Below are positions 25,130 through 38,026 of a stretch of DNA of 64,000 nt, in pieces (the first letter of the stretch is position 1; each line of letters opens with the position of its first letter). The stretch comes from Eledone cirrhosa. Lineage: Eukaryota. The stretch is from NCBI GenBank assembly GCA_964016885.1, contig OZ024742.1:179614001-179678000 (forward strand), in the 5' to 3' direction. The translations under genes and the position numbers were made by a program. The notes below the pieces were generated by a model, which was not told the origin of the DNA, did not search any database, and saw only the letters and a program-made list of their open reading frames with translations.

Positions 25130-25461
25130 ATACTACTTACAGCCCGTACTAACGAAGCTAAACACTTCAGAAGCAATGTTTTGCGGTATATTGCTGTGTT
25201 TCAGATGACATCCTTTGGAGCTGAAAAAGATCATACTGACTATGGTTATTTCACATTTAATATTCTCGGCAGTTTAATATAATCGGCAGTTTACTCCACC
25301 AGCCAAATAAGGAAGTTTTATGATTGTTTTTTTTTAAAGTCTCTCACACACACACATTACGGTCTCACCTCCTACCAGACAACACACCCAATACAGTCGT
25401 TTTCTCTTTTATCCGTCTTCTCTTAACTGTTCTCCCGGATGAAGCCGGGTACCTCAGCTAG
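25130..25461 (+). mobile_element. Helitron remnant (Rep fragment + 3' end)
   Basis: Encodes EAKHFRSNVLRYIAVFQMTSFGA; ends cccggatgaagccgggtacctcagCTAG-t. Confidence 0.75.
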
Positions 25462-25844
25462 TATGTATATCATAAAATGTATATCTGAGTTTTTTTAATA
25501 TCAATAATAATATTAGATTTGTTTGCAGTTATGCAAACAGCCTCTTTAAGCCATGTGAGTAGAATGACACCGCCATCCTTGATCTTGTGTTGGCATATAA
25601 ACAGAACAGCAGACACTAATGTTTCTGCCGTTCTGTTTATATGCCAAATGTAGCCGGAGACATTTGGAATTACCTTGCGTCTTCAAATAACTTTGGGCAG
25701 AGTCGTTCCACCGTCCACGTGCGGTACATCCAACTCAATCTGCGTTCACACAAAGTCTACATGCCATGCGAACTGCTAGCACAAGGGCGCAGGAGTGTGG
25801 CCCATCGGCACTCGTGTGACGTCAGTTGTCCTCATGCTTCTTTA

Positions 25845-26346
25845 TTCAAATATGTTTCACCAATTAAAACGTGAAGCACATATTATTAATCCTGGATCAT
25901 CAGTGCAGGAAAGAATCAACCATTCAAGCTGCACTACCAAGATAAATCCAGGAGTGAACGAAAAAACGCACACGTATTTGGGAAAAATGCTCGGATTTAT
26001 TCCTTAGAATCTCTGAGCTTTGTTTAATGGTAGTATGGTGCATGACTGAGATTTTCTCAGACATGACTTTTCTAATTTTGTTAGTACTAAAAATATACTC
26101 CTAAATATATTTTTAATAGAGCTTTTACTGTTGAAATGTTTCGGCTGCTCTTTCTAGTTGTTAAACCTAATCACGTCACTGGAACAACAATAACACGCAA
26201 TATTTTTTCTCCCAAATACATGTGCGTTTTTTTGTTCACTCCTGGATTTATCTTAGCAGTGTAAGCATAGGCGGTTAATTCTTTCCTCCGCTGATGGTCC
26301 AAGATTAATGGTCTGTGCTTCACATTTTAATTGATGAGACCTATTT
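25845..26346. repeat. Old fold-back with ~140-bp diverged arms and a degenerate HHR
   Basis: 25845-25987 mirrors 26203-26346; the left arm on the minus strand reads CTGATGA-tcca..ttaattggt-GAAAC, sharing ttaattggtGAAA with the 12416 motif. Confidence 0.65.
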
Positions 26347-26356
26347 ATAATATAAT

Positions 26357-26548
26357 AATTGTTTCTACTTTTGGCACAAGGCCAGCAATTACCCCAGTGC
26401 ATTACTGCTACCTTATTTTATCGACCCCGTAAGGATGAAAGGTAAAGTTAACCTCGGTAGGATTTGAACTCAGACCATAAAGGGATGTAACTCTATGTTG
26501 GAAAGCATGGTGTCCAACCCTCTACTGATATTGCCAATCCACTGCCCT
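26357..26548 (-). mobile_element. tRNA-type SINE
   Basis: Same family as 9515-9702. Confidence 0.9.
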
Positions 26549-28269
26549 TGTAATATATCAATATATGTTATACAAAGCATATAAATAAATTTACAGTAGA
26601 ATTTTAGGTGAACGGTCAGCAGAGCAAGACGTGTTTTCTTGGGCTCTGCTAGAGTCAGCAGCAAACACACAACCACGTGTTGCTACACACAAGGCAAAAA
26701 AAACCAAACCTAATAGAGATATTTACATTTATATCTAAATATCGTTATTATTATTTACTGATGTCCCTCTGTGTTTAATATGAAATACATGTTCGAAGGG
26801 TATTGGTTAGAAATTGTTAGAATGATTATAACATGGTTGTTAGATGAAATAACAAGAATGGCTGATTTACTTTATATATAAAGGTTTACTTCACTTCAGT
26901 CAAAAATAACAATAAGCAAGTTACCACGAGTTGCGAAGGTTGACAATGTTATTTTGTTGTTGGTTCATGAGGCTGGTGTAGTCTGCGACCGAGAGAGAGA
27001 GAGAGAGAGAGAGAGTAATGGTCTGTAGACCTCTGCGGCCTGAAGGTAGCGGTGAATCTTTCACATAGCTTGTCTGTATCGTAGTGCTCCGATCTCTCTG
27101 TATAAAACGTGAGAATATACAGGCTCTATATACCTGTTGCTTTCTGTCTCCCACCTCGAGGGGATTGCTAGGCGCATGAACCTTTTCACACCAAAAGAGT
27201 GGTGACCTAGAGTTTGACCTTTAGGTGTCACCCAAGGTTCAAGGCGTGGACAGATCACGCTACATATGTATGTGGGTGCACTTTCTTGTGATGGAACATT
27301 TTTCTGGACCTACAAATTCAACACCAAACGGGGTAAACATTTTCAACTTTTCCCTTTTTTCGCATGAGTATGTGCTTTGTCTGAGACAACTTGAAAGTAT
27401 TCTTCAAAGAACTGGATTTTACCGTTCCGTTGGATCACTTAACTCCCAGGGACATTCGAACGTATTTTACCATTTATAATCTACGGCGAGGAATAACAGA
27501 TCTTCAGAAGAAAAATGTTAAATTTAAAAGGATTTGTTGTGGCAACAACGCATGGAGCAATTGTATCATACAATTATACATTCCTCCTTAACATACACTT
27601 ACGAGTACGTTTCACCCCCCCCCCCCCCCAAAAAAAAATTATAAATGGCGAGCAACTGCCACTAGCTTCACAACAAGAGATAACACATGGCACCATCCCA
27701 TCTCTATTCTATTTATAGACAGGTGTGACTGAAAGGTCAATCCATACTTCCATTCTATTTCACAGAATTAGAAGCGTTGACCACTTGATAGAATTCAGGA
27801 CCAGTAATGTATCACTCTATAATTGTAAGGTTTTGATTTTACTGAAGTCTTGCCCATGTGGATTTTTACACAAACTCACAATTACTGATTTTACTGCGGA
27901 TTTACCCATGCGAAATATTACACAAACTCACAGCCTTAGATTTTGTACTTCTAACGTTTTTATTTTCCTTCTCTTTGCATGTTCATTGCTCTTTCTCTTC
28001 CACTGTATTTACCTGCCTCTCACATGACCACATTCATCTCCATGCACTCATAATCTTCTCCCCCCTTCTCCACTTTCTATCCCTTCCTCTGCCCACCCCT
28101 TACTTCGTCCTTGCGCACAGCCCACCAATGTCTTCGTTCGACCCGTTGGTGGCCCGATCTTTCGATCGAAGTATCACCGGCGATTGCCGATTAATGAAGG
28201 TGCCACCACTTTAACCTAATCCACTCTAGGTGGCTGAGGCATGTGTCGAACGACCAAGAGACCTGCTCA

Positions 28270-31200
28270 TTCTCTATCAACTTCAGCACGCACGAGAGGA
28301 GCTAACTTGTCTCCACCTACCCCCTCCTCCTCTTCACCGTAGATTCTGAGCGAATTCAATCCGTCCAACCCCACCACCCCTACAACTGTTAGCCCACCAC
28401 CCAAACTCCACTCTAGTCCCACCGTTAGAACCACTGCTGCCTCTTTCACTGACTCACTCCCTCCACCGAATTCCAACGCTGGCCCTCTACTGACGGCTGC
28501 TGCCAGCCCACCACCTGATTGCGCTCTCTGTGCCCGCACTAGGCGGTACTTAAAGACAATCAAATGTCACCTATGCCATGCAAGCTACCACAGAAGCTGT
28601 GTCGGCATCACTAATGCTCAAGCCGGAAGGCTTCAATACTGGACCTGTAATTGGTTGCCACTTCAGCTCCGACGTATTCCGTGGGGCTGCCCCACACTTC
28701 GATGACCAACTCTCTACCAAGGACTTTTCCACAGCCCTCCAGGGTTTCTCCAAATCAAAGCTCGTCAATCGGATCCCTAAGGGAGCTCGGAATAGCTTTG
28801 CACGTACCCTCTCTAATTTATTGAAAAACGTTTGCTCGTCCAACAATAGGTTTGACTGGCAGAAATTGATTTTGTTTCTTCTCATCTCTCTTCACGTGCA
28901 CAATGCGAATTCGGGTTCCCTCACGTCCTCTCTCAAGCGGCAGTTCCATCTGTTTGAGTCTCCCCCAACCACGTCTCACCTCAGTTCGACATCGAGCCCG
29001 GTTTCCTCCAACAGACAACCGATAGACCTCAAGCGAGCGGTCAAAGCCAAATTCATCGAATTTGACGTTAAAGGGCTGTCTGTCTCCTCTCTTCTCTGTC
29101 CTCCCTCGGTTTGTGCAACTCTTATTCAATTGAGCGACTGAAATAGAAGCACCCATCGGCATCCCCAGATGACCAGCTACACTGGCCCGAACCACCAGAA
29201 TACTCGAGACCGGTTTACACCACCGATATCATCAGGAAGGCGATTTCATCCTTACCCACTGGGTTAGGCGCGGGAATTGACGGTTTTCGTCCTCAACACC
29301 TCAAGCATGGTATCTCCTTATCGGTCGGTGACGCTGGACTCGAGCTCTTGGAGAGTCTGGTCTCACTCAGTTTGTGAATCAGTTCTCTTCAGTTAACGTT
29401 CTCCCGTTCATCTGCCCACTGTTCTTCGGTGCGAAGCTATTTGGTCTCACCAAGCCCAATGGAGACCTGCTCCCCATTGCGGTTGGCTGCACCCTTCGCT
29501 GCCTCACTGCAAAGAAGTGTTTTCTGTTGGTCTCCGACTCACTGGCGGAGGAATTTTCCCCCATCCAACTGGGGGGGGGGGGTACCAATTTGGGATGTGA
29601 GGCTGCTATCCACGCTACCAGAGTCTTTACCAACTTGCCCTCCTCGCCCCCCAAGGTCATCCTCAAACTTGACCTCAGGAATGCTCTCAACTCCGTCAGC
29701 CGCGACATCGTCCTCGGCTCAGTAAGAGAGACGGTCCCACAACTCTACCACTTTGCTTGGCAGGCTTATCGGGAGCCCTCCTACCTCTCTTTCGGTGACC
29801 AAATCATCATCTCTGCCTCAGGAGTCCAACAGGGTGACCCATTCGGGACTGCTCTGTTTGCACTGGGCATTGATGAGGTCACCAAGATGGGAGTTGAGTT
29901 GGACATCAATGTCTGGTACCTCAATGACGCTTGTTTGGGGGGAACTCCGGATATAGTTCTTGCCACTGCCAACAAAATGGTTGAGAGCTTGGCCACCGGG
30001 GTCTCCAAGTCAATAGCTCCAAATGTGAGCTCTGGATCCTCAACCACCCAGCTTCTCAGCACCAACTAATCGACCTGTTTCCAGAGTCCTTCCCTTCCAT
30101 CGCGGTCCCTCCCCCGTCGACTTGGTGCTCCTTAGGAGCCCCAATCACAGACCTTGCCTTCGTGTCAAACTTCCAATCGAAGATGTTTGGCCTTGAGCAG
30201 CTGCTGAAGAATATTGAAGTTATCGAACCCCATCAAGGTTTCTTCATACTCAGGAACTACTTGTCTATTCCTTAGCTTCTGTATCTGCTCAGGGTCAGCC
30301 CCTCTCACAGATTTCCGTCCTGCCTCCAATGCTTCGACGACCTAACCTTCGAGAGACTCGAGTGCCTGGTGCATGTTAGACTCTCTCCAGAGTCCCGCGA
30401 TCAGGCTGCGTTGCCCAAGCGATTTGGGGGTCTTGGTCTTCGTAAGTAATCATCCCTCTCTCTCCCCTGCTTCCTTTCCTCCCCACGCTTGCTCCACCCT
30501 GGTGAGCAGCATCCTCTCCTCTCCAACATGAACTAGTTCCAGCAGGGAGTTGAGTGAATCTCTCCAGCAATGGAGTGAGTTGGGCTTGTCTCTTCCTGAG
30601 AAGGTGGAGGACAGTCGAAGTCAGAGAACTTGGAACAGCATAAGTTCGAAGGCCACCTTCGACTCCCTCTTCGTCCAGTCGGATCAGTTTGCAAGGTCCC
30701 GCTTATTATCTGCCAACGCTAAGCTAAATACTCAGGTGACTGGGTTGAGCCCTACCCATGGCCAACGTTGGTAGCCTACTCAGCCTGGACGAACTTCGTG
30801 TCTCCACGCCCTCAGAGTGGGAACTGACGTCTGAATGGGTTTGAGGTGCCTCCACGGTCTTTCTTGCCGCCTGAATGCCGGCTGCTTCACGCGTCACACG
30901 GAGCTAAACCTAATTCTCAAGAGAGCTTTGGCCCGAGCGAACATCCCCTCAATCTTAGAACCATCTGGGTTGTCCAGAAGTGACGGCAAAAGACCTGACG
31001 GCATTACCCTGTGCCCCTGGTCGAGAGGCAGGTGCCTTGTCTGGGACGTCACTGTTAGTGACTCTTTTGCTTCTTCCCACATCCTGGATGCTGCGGTTAG
31101 GACGAGAGCCACAGCTTCCGCAGCCGAGCGGAGTAAGACCCTCAAATACTGTGATCTGTCGGCCAGCTACATTTTTCATCCTTTGGCTTTCGAGACCGTT

Positions 31201-31470
31201 GGGGGAGTCGGGCCGCTGACTGTGAGGTTTTTCTCTTCACTGGCGACTCGCCTAATAGAGGTAACTGGCGAATCTTGCGAGGACGCTTGGTTGTTGCAGC
31301 GCATTAGCCTCACCATCACCCGAGGCAACGCTGCGAGTGTTCTGGCTTGCCTCAAAAATCATTAGAGAGGTTGCTCGGTACTCCTTGCGACGCTGCTGTC
31401 TTTTCTTTTCCTCTTGTGTTGGCTCGGTTGTTCACGCCTTCCTTTACATTTCTTTACTATTGCAACAACA
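28270..31470 (+). mobile_element. CRE-like non-LTR retrotransposon (PHD finger, RT, restriction-like endonuclease), decayed
   Basis: CALC..CHLCHASYHRSCVG..WTC; RIPKGAR; GIDGFRPQHLK; KPNGDLLPIAVG; GCEAAIHA; GVQQGDP; WYLND; HGLSC..RH..DGKRPDG..WDVTV..KTLKY..PLAFET..RGNAASVL. Confidence 0.88.
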
Positions 31471-31959
31471 AAAGAATATATCCTTCTGAAAGAATCGCGG
31501 GCAATTTATAATGTTATCTAAGGATTTGTAATGTTATTTATGTATATTTTAAAAACATATTTGTTATGTTATTCTACTGTAAATTTATTTATATGCTTTG
31601 TATAACATATATTGATATATTACGTAATTATTATTTTCTATTTTCACACCGTTTTGAAGGCTATATTCATAATGGAATATGTATGGAGGAAAATAATGAT
31701 TATTATTGCCAGGTATCTATATATGAAGTTTTCGTTCAATTTTAATATGCTACCTCTGTAACTATATGTTCTTACACTCTTAAGAAATTATCCCCTGTCA
31801 ATGTTTGATATGTTGTTATATATATATATATATGTCAATCGATTTTTAATTTTTAATAAATGCTTGGATTTTTCTTTAAAATCGTTGAGCTTTGTCTACA
31901 GGTGGTATTGCACATGTCTGTGATGTTCTTAAATATGACTTCTATAATTTTGTTAGTAT

Positions 31960-32029
<70 letters not shown>

Positions 32030-32035
32030 ATTGGT

Positions 32036-32425
32036 GTTGGATGCTTAAAGCGTCCGTATGCGGTAAGCCGTATGAGCACTCGATGCTCTCATAGAGCAGA
32101 GTATGATATCACAGAAAAAAGAGAATCAGTGTTGCGACGAATGAAATTTATTGGACATATTACAATCGTTTCTCTGGCGACCAGCTCGAGGCACGATCGA
32201 TGTGATGATCGAACCTGATTCTGAAAATTGGAAGGTCCTCAGATACGTCTTGATTCTACGAAGCAGATTTTCCTATAGGACGTATCTGAGGACATTGCGA
32301 TTTTCAGAGTCAGGTTCGATTATCACCTCGATCGTGCCTCGAGCTGGTCGCCAGAGAAACGATTGTAATATGTCCAATAAATTCCATTCGTCGCAACACT
32401 GATTCTCTTTTTTTTCTGTGATATA
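32036..32425 (-). mobile_element. Fold-back + tail element (family A) with an HHR in both arms
   Basis: About 145-bp arms (32105-32425), ~70-bp tail on the left similar to 6277-6347, flanked by (CA)n/(TA)n. Confidence 0.8.
32278..32375 (+). ncRNA. Type I hammerhead ribozyme with 63-nt stem II
   Basis: ggacgtat-CTGAGGA-63 nt-GAAAC-GATT-GTA-atatgtcc; mirror copy on the minus strand at about 32153-32249. Confidence 0.78.
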
Positions 32426-32480
32426 TATATAATATATATATATATATAATATATATATATAATATATATATATATATAAT

Positions 32481-32571
<91 letters not shown>

Positions 32572-32623
32572 TGTATATATATAATAAACAGGAAAGACGG
32601 TTTTATTCGTACATCCCTATTTA

Positions 32624-32695
32624 ATTTGTTATACGTATTTCAAAGACGTAAGGTCATTGTATAATAACTGCCTTACGTGTTCTCTTCAGAGAAAT
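32624..32695 (-). ncRNA. Type I hammerhead ribozyme with minimal stem III
   Basis: atttct-CTGAAGA-(acgtaagg..ccttacgt)-GAAAT-ACGT-ATA-acaaat. Confidence 0.7.
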
Positions 32696-32809
32696 ATCCA
32701 AACGAGATGTAAATATCCATTGATATGTTACCAGCTGTACATGTTATTCACTTCGCTAACCAGTAAGCATATATTAAAAGAGAAATATAATAATTACATT
32801 ATGAATAAA

Positions 32810-33632
32810 AAGAAATAGAAATATAATAATACAATGCTTACAGAATGAAAGCGCAAAGGAATATAATATAAAGGAAGGGGTGGACAACCGAGTCACTACC
32901 AGAGCAAAAGATAGCAGAATCGTGAGGAGTACTGGGAATTCTCTCTAATGATTTTGGAGGCATGCCAGCATGCTCGCAGCATTACCTCGGGTGATGGCCA
33001 GGCTGATGCGTTGGAACAAACAAGCGCCCTCGCGAGATTCACTGTTAAGCGAGACACCAGTGAAGATAGGAATCTCACAGCCAGTAGCCCGACTCCCCCA
33101 AACGACTCAAACGCCACAGGCTGGAAAATGTAATTGGCCGACAGATCACAGTATTTTAAGATTTCGCTCTGTTTAGCTGCGGAAGCTGTGGCCCTTGCCC
33201 TAACCACAGTATCCAGGATGTGGGAAGAAGCAAAAGAGTCACTAACTGTGATGTCCCAGATAAGGCACCTGCTTCTCGACCAGGGGCAAAGGGTAAGGCC
33301 GTCATTTATTTTCCCATCACTCCTGGATAACCCAGATGGCTCCAAGATTAAGGGGATGTTCGCCTGTGCCAAAACTCTCTTGAGCTCTGTGTGATGCGCG
33401 AACCGACCAGCATTCAGGCGGCAAGAAAGACGGTGGAGGCCTGTGGAGTTGAGGAGTTTGCCACATCAACACTTTAAACCCATACAGATGTCAGCTCCCA
33501 CTCTGAGGGCAATGGAGACACAAATTTTGTCCTAGCTGAATAGGCCACCAACATTAGCCATGGGTAAGGCATCAACCCAGTCATCTGAGTATTTGGCGCT
33601 GGCAGATAGTAAGCGACATCTCATTTGGATAT
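32810..33632 (-). mobile_element. Second CRE-like copy, 3' fragment (RLE domain)
   Basis: ANIPLILEPSGLSRSDGK..CPWSRSRCLIWDITVSDSFASSH; homologous to 30700-31450. Confidence 0.88.
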
Positions 33633-33688
33633 TTGCAAGCTCATACATGTGTGTATAATGTATCATGATCCATTTAAAACAGACGTAC

Positions 33689-33846
33689 TTGTGATTTGCA
33701 GTGAACACATCAAAGCCAGCATCAAAATCTTTCCATGGGAAATGTAGAACTTTATCTTTATCAAACCAGTTCAGATTGCTTGAACCTGTTCCATTGAAGG
33801 TAATTGTCACAACTTCAGCTTTGTTTTTTTCAAGAACCACTTTTAC
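33689..33846 (-). CDS. Host gene coding exon 3
   Basis: tttatttcag| VKVVLEKNKAEVVTITFNGTGSSNLNWFDKDKVLHFPWKDFDAGFDVFTANH |gtacgt; phase-0 start matches the previous exon. Confidence 0.75.
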
Positions 33847-34549
33847 CTGAAATAAACAAACATGACAGTCAGTGATGTGAGAATAACATTAACAATTATA
33901 TTAAGTCTGATACATCAACATTTATAAATAACAAACAAGAAAACTTCTCAGGGCAACAAAAAGTTCACAGAGTTACTTGATCTGCTAAAATTAGAGCCCA
34001 ATTTTCCCTTATATCACACACTACTATATTAAAATAGAATTAACATGATATATAATATAGTTCTAGATACGCAAAGTAGAAATATTAGATAATAGAATTC
34101 TAGAAAGATACAATATGTCTGAATGAAAGTTATTGTGGTTTGAGATATATTATGTCTGAAATTTATATTTGATGGTGTAGCCCTAATACATGATGCTTGA
34201 ATGAAGACACTTTAGATAATGTAGTCCTAGATATATTATGTTTGAATTAAAACATGTCAGTTAATGTAGTCTTAAATACAATATATCTAAAATAACACAC
34301 ATTAGATAAAATAGTTTTACAAACATTATGTCTGAATAAAGACATATTAAATAATATAGCACTTTATATATTGTCATACCTTTACATTGAATGACTTTTC
34401 TTCAGTAGAATAATTTATAAAAATATAATTTCATAAAGTAATTTTAACTATAGAACAATTCTGAATATAAAGTTATTTTAATATGAAATCATTTTTTTTT
34501 TCCATCCAAAAATGTATTCATTAAAAAAAAAAAAAAAAAATGTTTACCT

Positions 34550-35404
34550 GTATTAGTTTCAACAGTTAGGTACTACAGATAGCAAACATATAGCAAACAT
34601 ATTTGGCATCTCTGAGGAGCAAGCCAATAATATTCTGATGAACGAGTTTGGTTTGAGAAAGATGTCTGCACACTGGGCTCCACATCTTTTGAGTGAGAAA
34701 CAAAAGTGCACTCGTCACACCAAGTTCTCCAACAATTTGAAACTTTTTGAAGGTGATCTGGGAAATTTTCTGGCATGAGTTGCAGCCATGGATGAGACCT
34801 GGGTCCCTATCTACCAGCCTAAAACTAAAGAGCTGTCTAAACAGCAGAAGCACCCATCCTCACCCACCCGGAAGAAGGCCAAGGTCACATCATCAGCAGG
34901 AAAGGTCATGGCTACAGTTTTCTGGGACACACAAGGAGTGTTATTTGTGGATTATCTCCAAAAGGGCCACACCATCACCAAACAATACTACACTATCCTG
35001 CTTAAATGTCTGTGTGAGAACATCAAAAAGAAGAGGCCAGGATTGCTGGTGAAAGAGGTCTTGTTCCATCATGACAATGCTCCTGCCTACACCTCAGTTG
35101 TGGAAATGGCAACATCCACCATATATGCCAGACCTCACCCCCTCCAACTTCCACCGGTTCCCAAACATGAAAAAATATATGGCTGCATAACACTATGCCA
35201 CAGATGATGACGTCATAAATGCTGTTGACACCTAACTGGAGGACCCAAAACTAAGGAGTTCTATTTCAGCAGAATCCAGGCACTCCAGCACTTGTAGAAG
35301 AAATGTGTGGATATTAAGGGAGACTATGTTGAAAAGTAAATGAAGAAATATTTTTATATGCTACCATTTCTTGAAGGCTGAAGACTTTTCAGTCACTCTT
35401 TGTA
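34550..35404 (+). mobile_element. Mariner transposon remnant
   Basis: MDETWV, AGKVMATVFWD..GVLFVDYLQKGHTI, VLFHHDNAPA; right end aggctgaagacttttcagtcactctttgTA; frameshifted and 5'-truncated. Confidence 0.9.
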
Positions 35405-35759
35405 GATATAGAAAGATCATGGCTAATTCTTGATTAATGAAATTACAGGTATAATCCTTTAATGGATCTATAAAAATATGTGAAACATTCCAGAAAATTA
35501 GCATTTAATAACTGCTTATACACATGTAAATATAGAAACATGTATATAATTCAAAATATACAGATCCACAAATGCAATGGTATTCATGCATGCAGAGAGA
35601 TTGTACATGTTTACCTAGTTGATGATGTTTAAATAATGGGTTAGAAACACACTCTCTCTATATATATATATATCTATTGGTAAGAAACTCATAAAAAATC
35701 TAACCCTAAGAATACACATACATATACAATATGGAAAATAAGTAAATAAAATCCCTTAC

Positions 35760-35929
35760 ATTCTTGACCGATATCTCTTTCCATGCATTTATAAAATTAT
35801 TCCGGTAGGCCCCAGAACAAATTGTTTTCATGCAAACATTCATATGGGCATTATCGTAATAGCCTGTGTAAAAGTTCAGTGGTCCTAAGTTGCTGTTTTT
35901 TGGCAATGTATAAATTTTATGCCATCTAC
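35760..35929 (-). CDS. Host gene coding exon 2
   Basis: ttcttttccag| (G)RWHKIYTLPKNSNLGPLNFY..CMKTICSGAYRNNFINAWKEISVKN |gtaagg; phase 1 in, phase 0 out. Confidence 0.75.
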
Positions 35930-36807
35930 CTGGAAAAGAAAAAAACTGTTTTTTAAATTTGAATAATTCTTAGAATATAGAGGTGTAAATATTTTCAAAG
36001 GAATCTTAAATAGGGATGGTAATTATAGGTAAAGTTTCTGTCCAATGTTTTGATTTTCATAATTGCCAAATATTTTTCTTAGTCCCAGGTTATCGCTTAC
36101 TGATTAGATTTATGCTGGTAGCCTTTGATTTGATGTAAATTTGACTGTTATTTCTAGCATGGTGACTCACTGATAAGCTTATTCTTCAATGTCTCTTTCA
36201 GCTTGGTTGTATGAAGTGGCACCTTTGACACAATACTGGAGATAAATTAGAACTTGTGACAATGTAACATAAATAATTTATTCTGAAAAGATAAGATTAG
36301 GAATACTATTATTTTTCTAACTGTCTTTAAGGAAAATACAAAAAGCCTCTGTGGATATATTTAACCACAACACATGCTAGATATATTACTGGTTCTGTGG
36401 TTCAATCAATAAAATCCTATAAGTGGTGCAGCCAGTCATTGGCATTCCACTCTAGATCTTTGACTGTGTATCCATATTGGCATTTCAATAGATAGGCTTT
36501 AGAAATGCTTGATGGTGCCTATCTCCACACTAAACATTGAGTCCTTCACTACGTTTAGTCTGTTAGAAGCAGTCATCTGGGAGTGACAAAAAATTGTCCC
36601 ATAACCAAAAGTGTGAGTCAGATGAGAGCCAGTGTACTCTTCAACCCTTAAGGATGCTGTTGTTAGACATCAGTATATTCTCCTGACCCAAACAACTTGG
36701 TTTTAAGACAATGTTCCTTTAAAACCTGGATAATGGTATGTCTGTTATTTCAATAACATTTCTTCTAATCTCTTCACTCTATTTCAAAGGAATCTCCTTA
36801 TAATATA

Positions 36808-37708
36808 CTAGCAGTAAAGCCCGGCGTTGCTCGGGGTCGCTCAGTAGCTGTGTTAAAGTTACAATGTTAAGTTTCTTTCTTGGCTTAAAAACTGTAGTGT
36901 CTACTGTGCAGACTTGCATGTGGTGTTTTTGATTAATATTCCCTCAACCAACAATATGCCTTATGAAGTTAAGAAAATATAACGATAACCCGAATGTTAT
37001 AACAAAAGAGGATGCTGGGGATAGAAACTGCACTGGTTATTTATTAACAAAGATCGAAAATGTAAACACTGCAACGCAGAGAAAAACATTAGCGTAACCA
37101 AATTATCAGTTATGTCTGTCTGCACGCCTATATCACCTCTCTGCACGACTGTCTGTCTGCACGCCTATATCACCTCTCAGCACGACTATCTGTCTGCACG
37201 CCTATATCACCTCTCTGCACGACTGTCTGTCTGCACGCCTATATCACCTCTCTGCAACTGTCTGTCTGCACGACTGTCTGTCTGCACGCCTAACGACGAA
37301 ATATTTGCTTGTTTTACGTAGTCTTTAAATAGACTTGTTTTCAAGTAAAAATATTGTTTTAAAATGCTTTTAAATGGAAATGAAGCAAAACGGAAGCTTA
37401 GTGTTCGAACTGATGAATTTTGCAGGTCAATATTTTGCTGGCTCGACAACTGTTAAAGCCAGCGTAATTTTTTACGTAAGACGCTCAATGTAAACAGAAC
37501 AAAGGGAAATAACTGATAACCTACGATACATTATATTCGATTTCGTCACATAGGGCGGGTCAATTTTAAATTTTTTTTTTCCGATGTCTTCGCTAGGGCT
37601 CAATGTACAAGTATAGCAATTTCGGTGCAATTCCGTGAGAGATTCTAAGAGGAGATGTGTGCCAAAAATCGATAGACAGACAGACAACCACAGTTTTATA
37701 TATATAGA
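36808..37708 (-). mobile_element. Non-autonomous Helitron with an internal ~37-bp minisatellite
   Basis: Minus strand TCtatatatataaaactg ... cccgagcaacgccgggctttactgCTAG, between A and T; tgtctgtctgcacgcctatatcacctct repeats at 37113-37290. Confidence 0.85.
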
Positions 37709-38026
37709 TAACCAGCAATTTCTCTGTCTGTCTGTCCGACGCGTAGAGAGAGAGTGAGAGTGAAAGAAAGAGACAGACTACAAGAGGGGGATAGCGGGAG
37801 GGAGAGAGAGAGACGCTGGAAGAGGGGAAGGAAAGCTCTGTCTTGCTGTCTGCATTACGATACATATATATATACACACACACACTGAGCGCGTCATAAT
37901 GACGTAATGCAGACAGCCAGACATACAGACAGATATTATAAGGGCGCAACGTTATATCTATGTATCTATCTAAAAAGAAAGACTAAGAATTATATAGAGA
38001 GAACGCTAAATCGCCTAATGCGGTCC

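Noticed and set aside
28130-28265. GC-rich stems upstream of the CRE-like ORF as a possible HDV-like ribozyme
   Set aside because: Could not assign the nested double pseudoknot by eye; an RNArobo or Infernal search would be needed.
37113-37290. Regular short repeats resembling a CRISPR array (also 42755-43110 and 47025-47180)
   Set aside because: Tandem minisatellites without unique spacers, in a eukaryotic transposon context with no cas genes.
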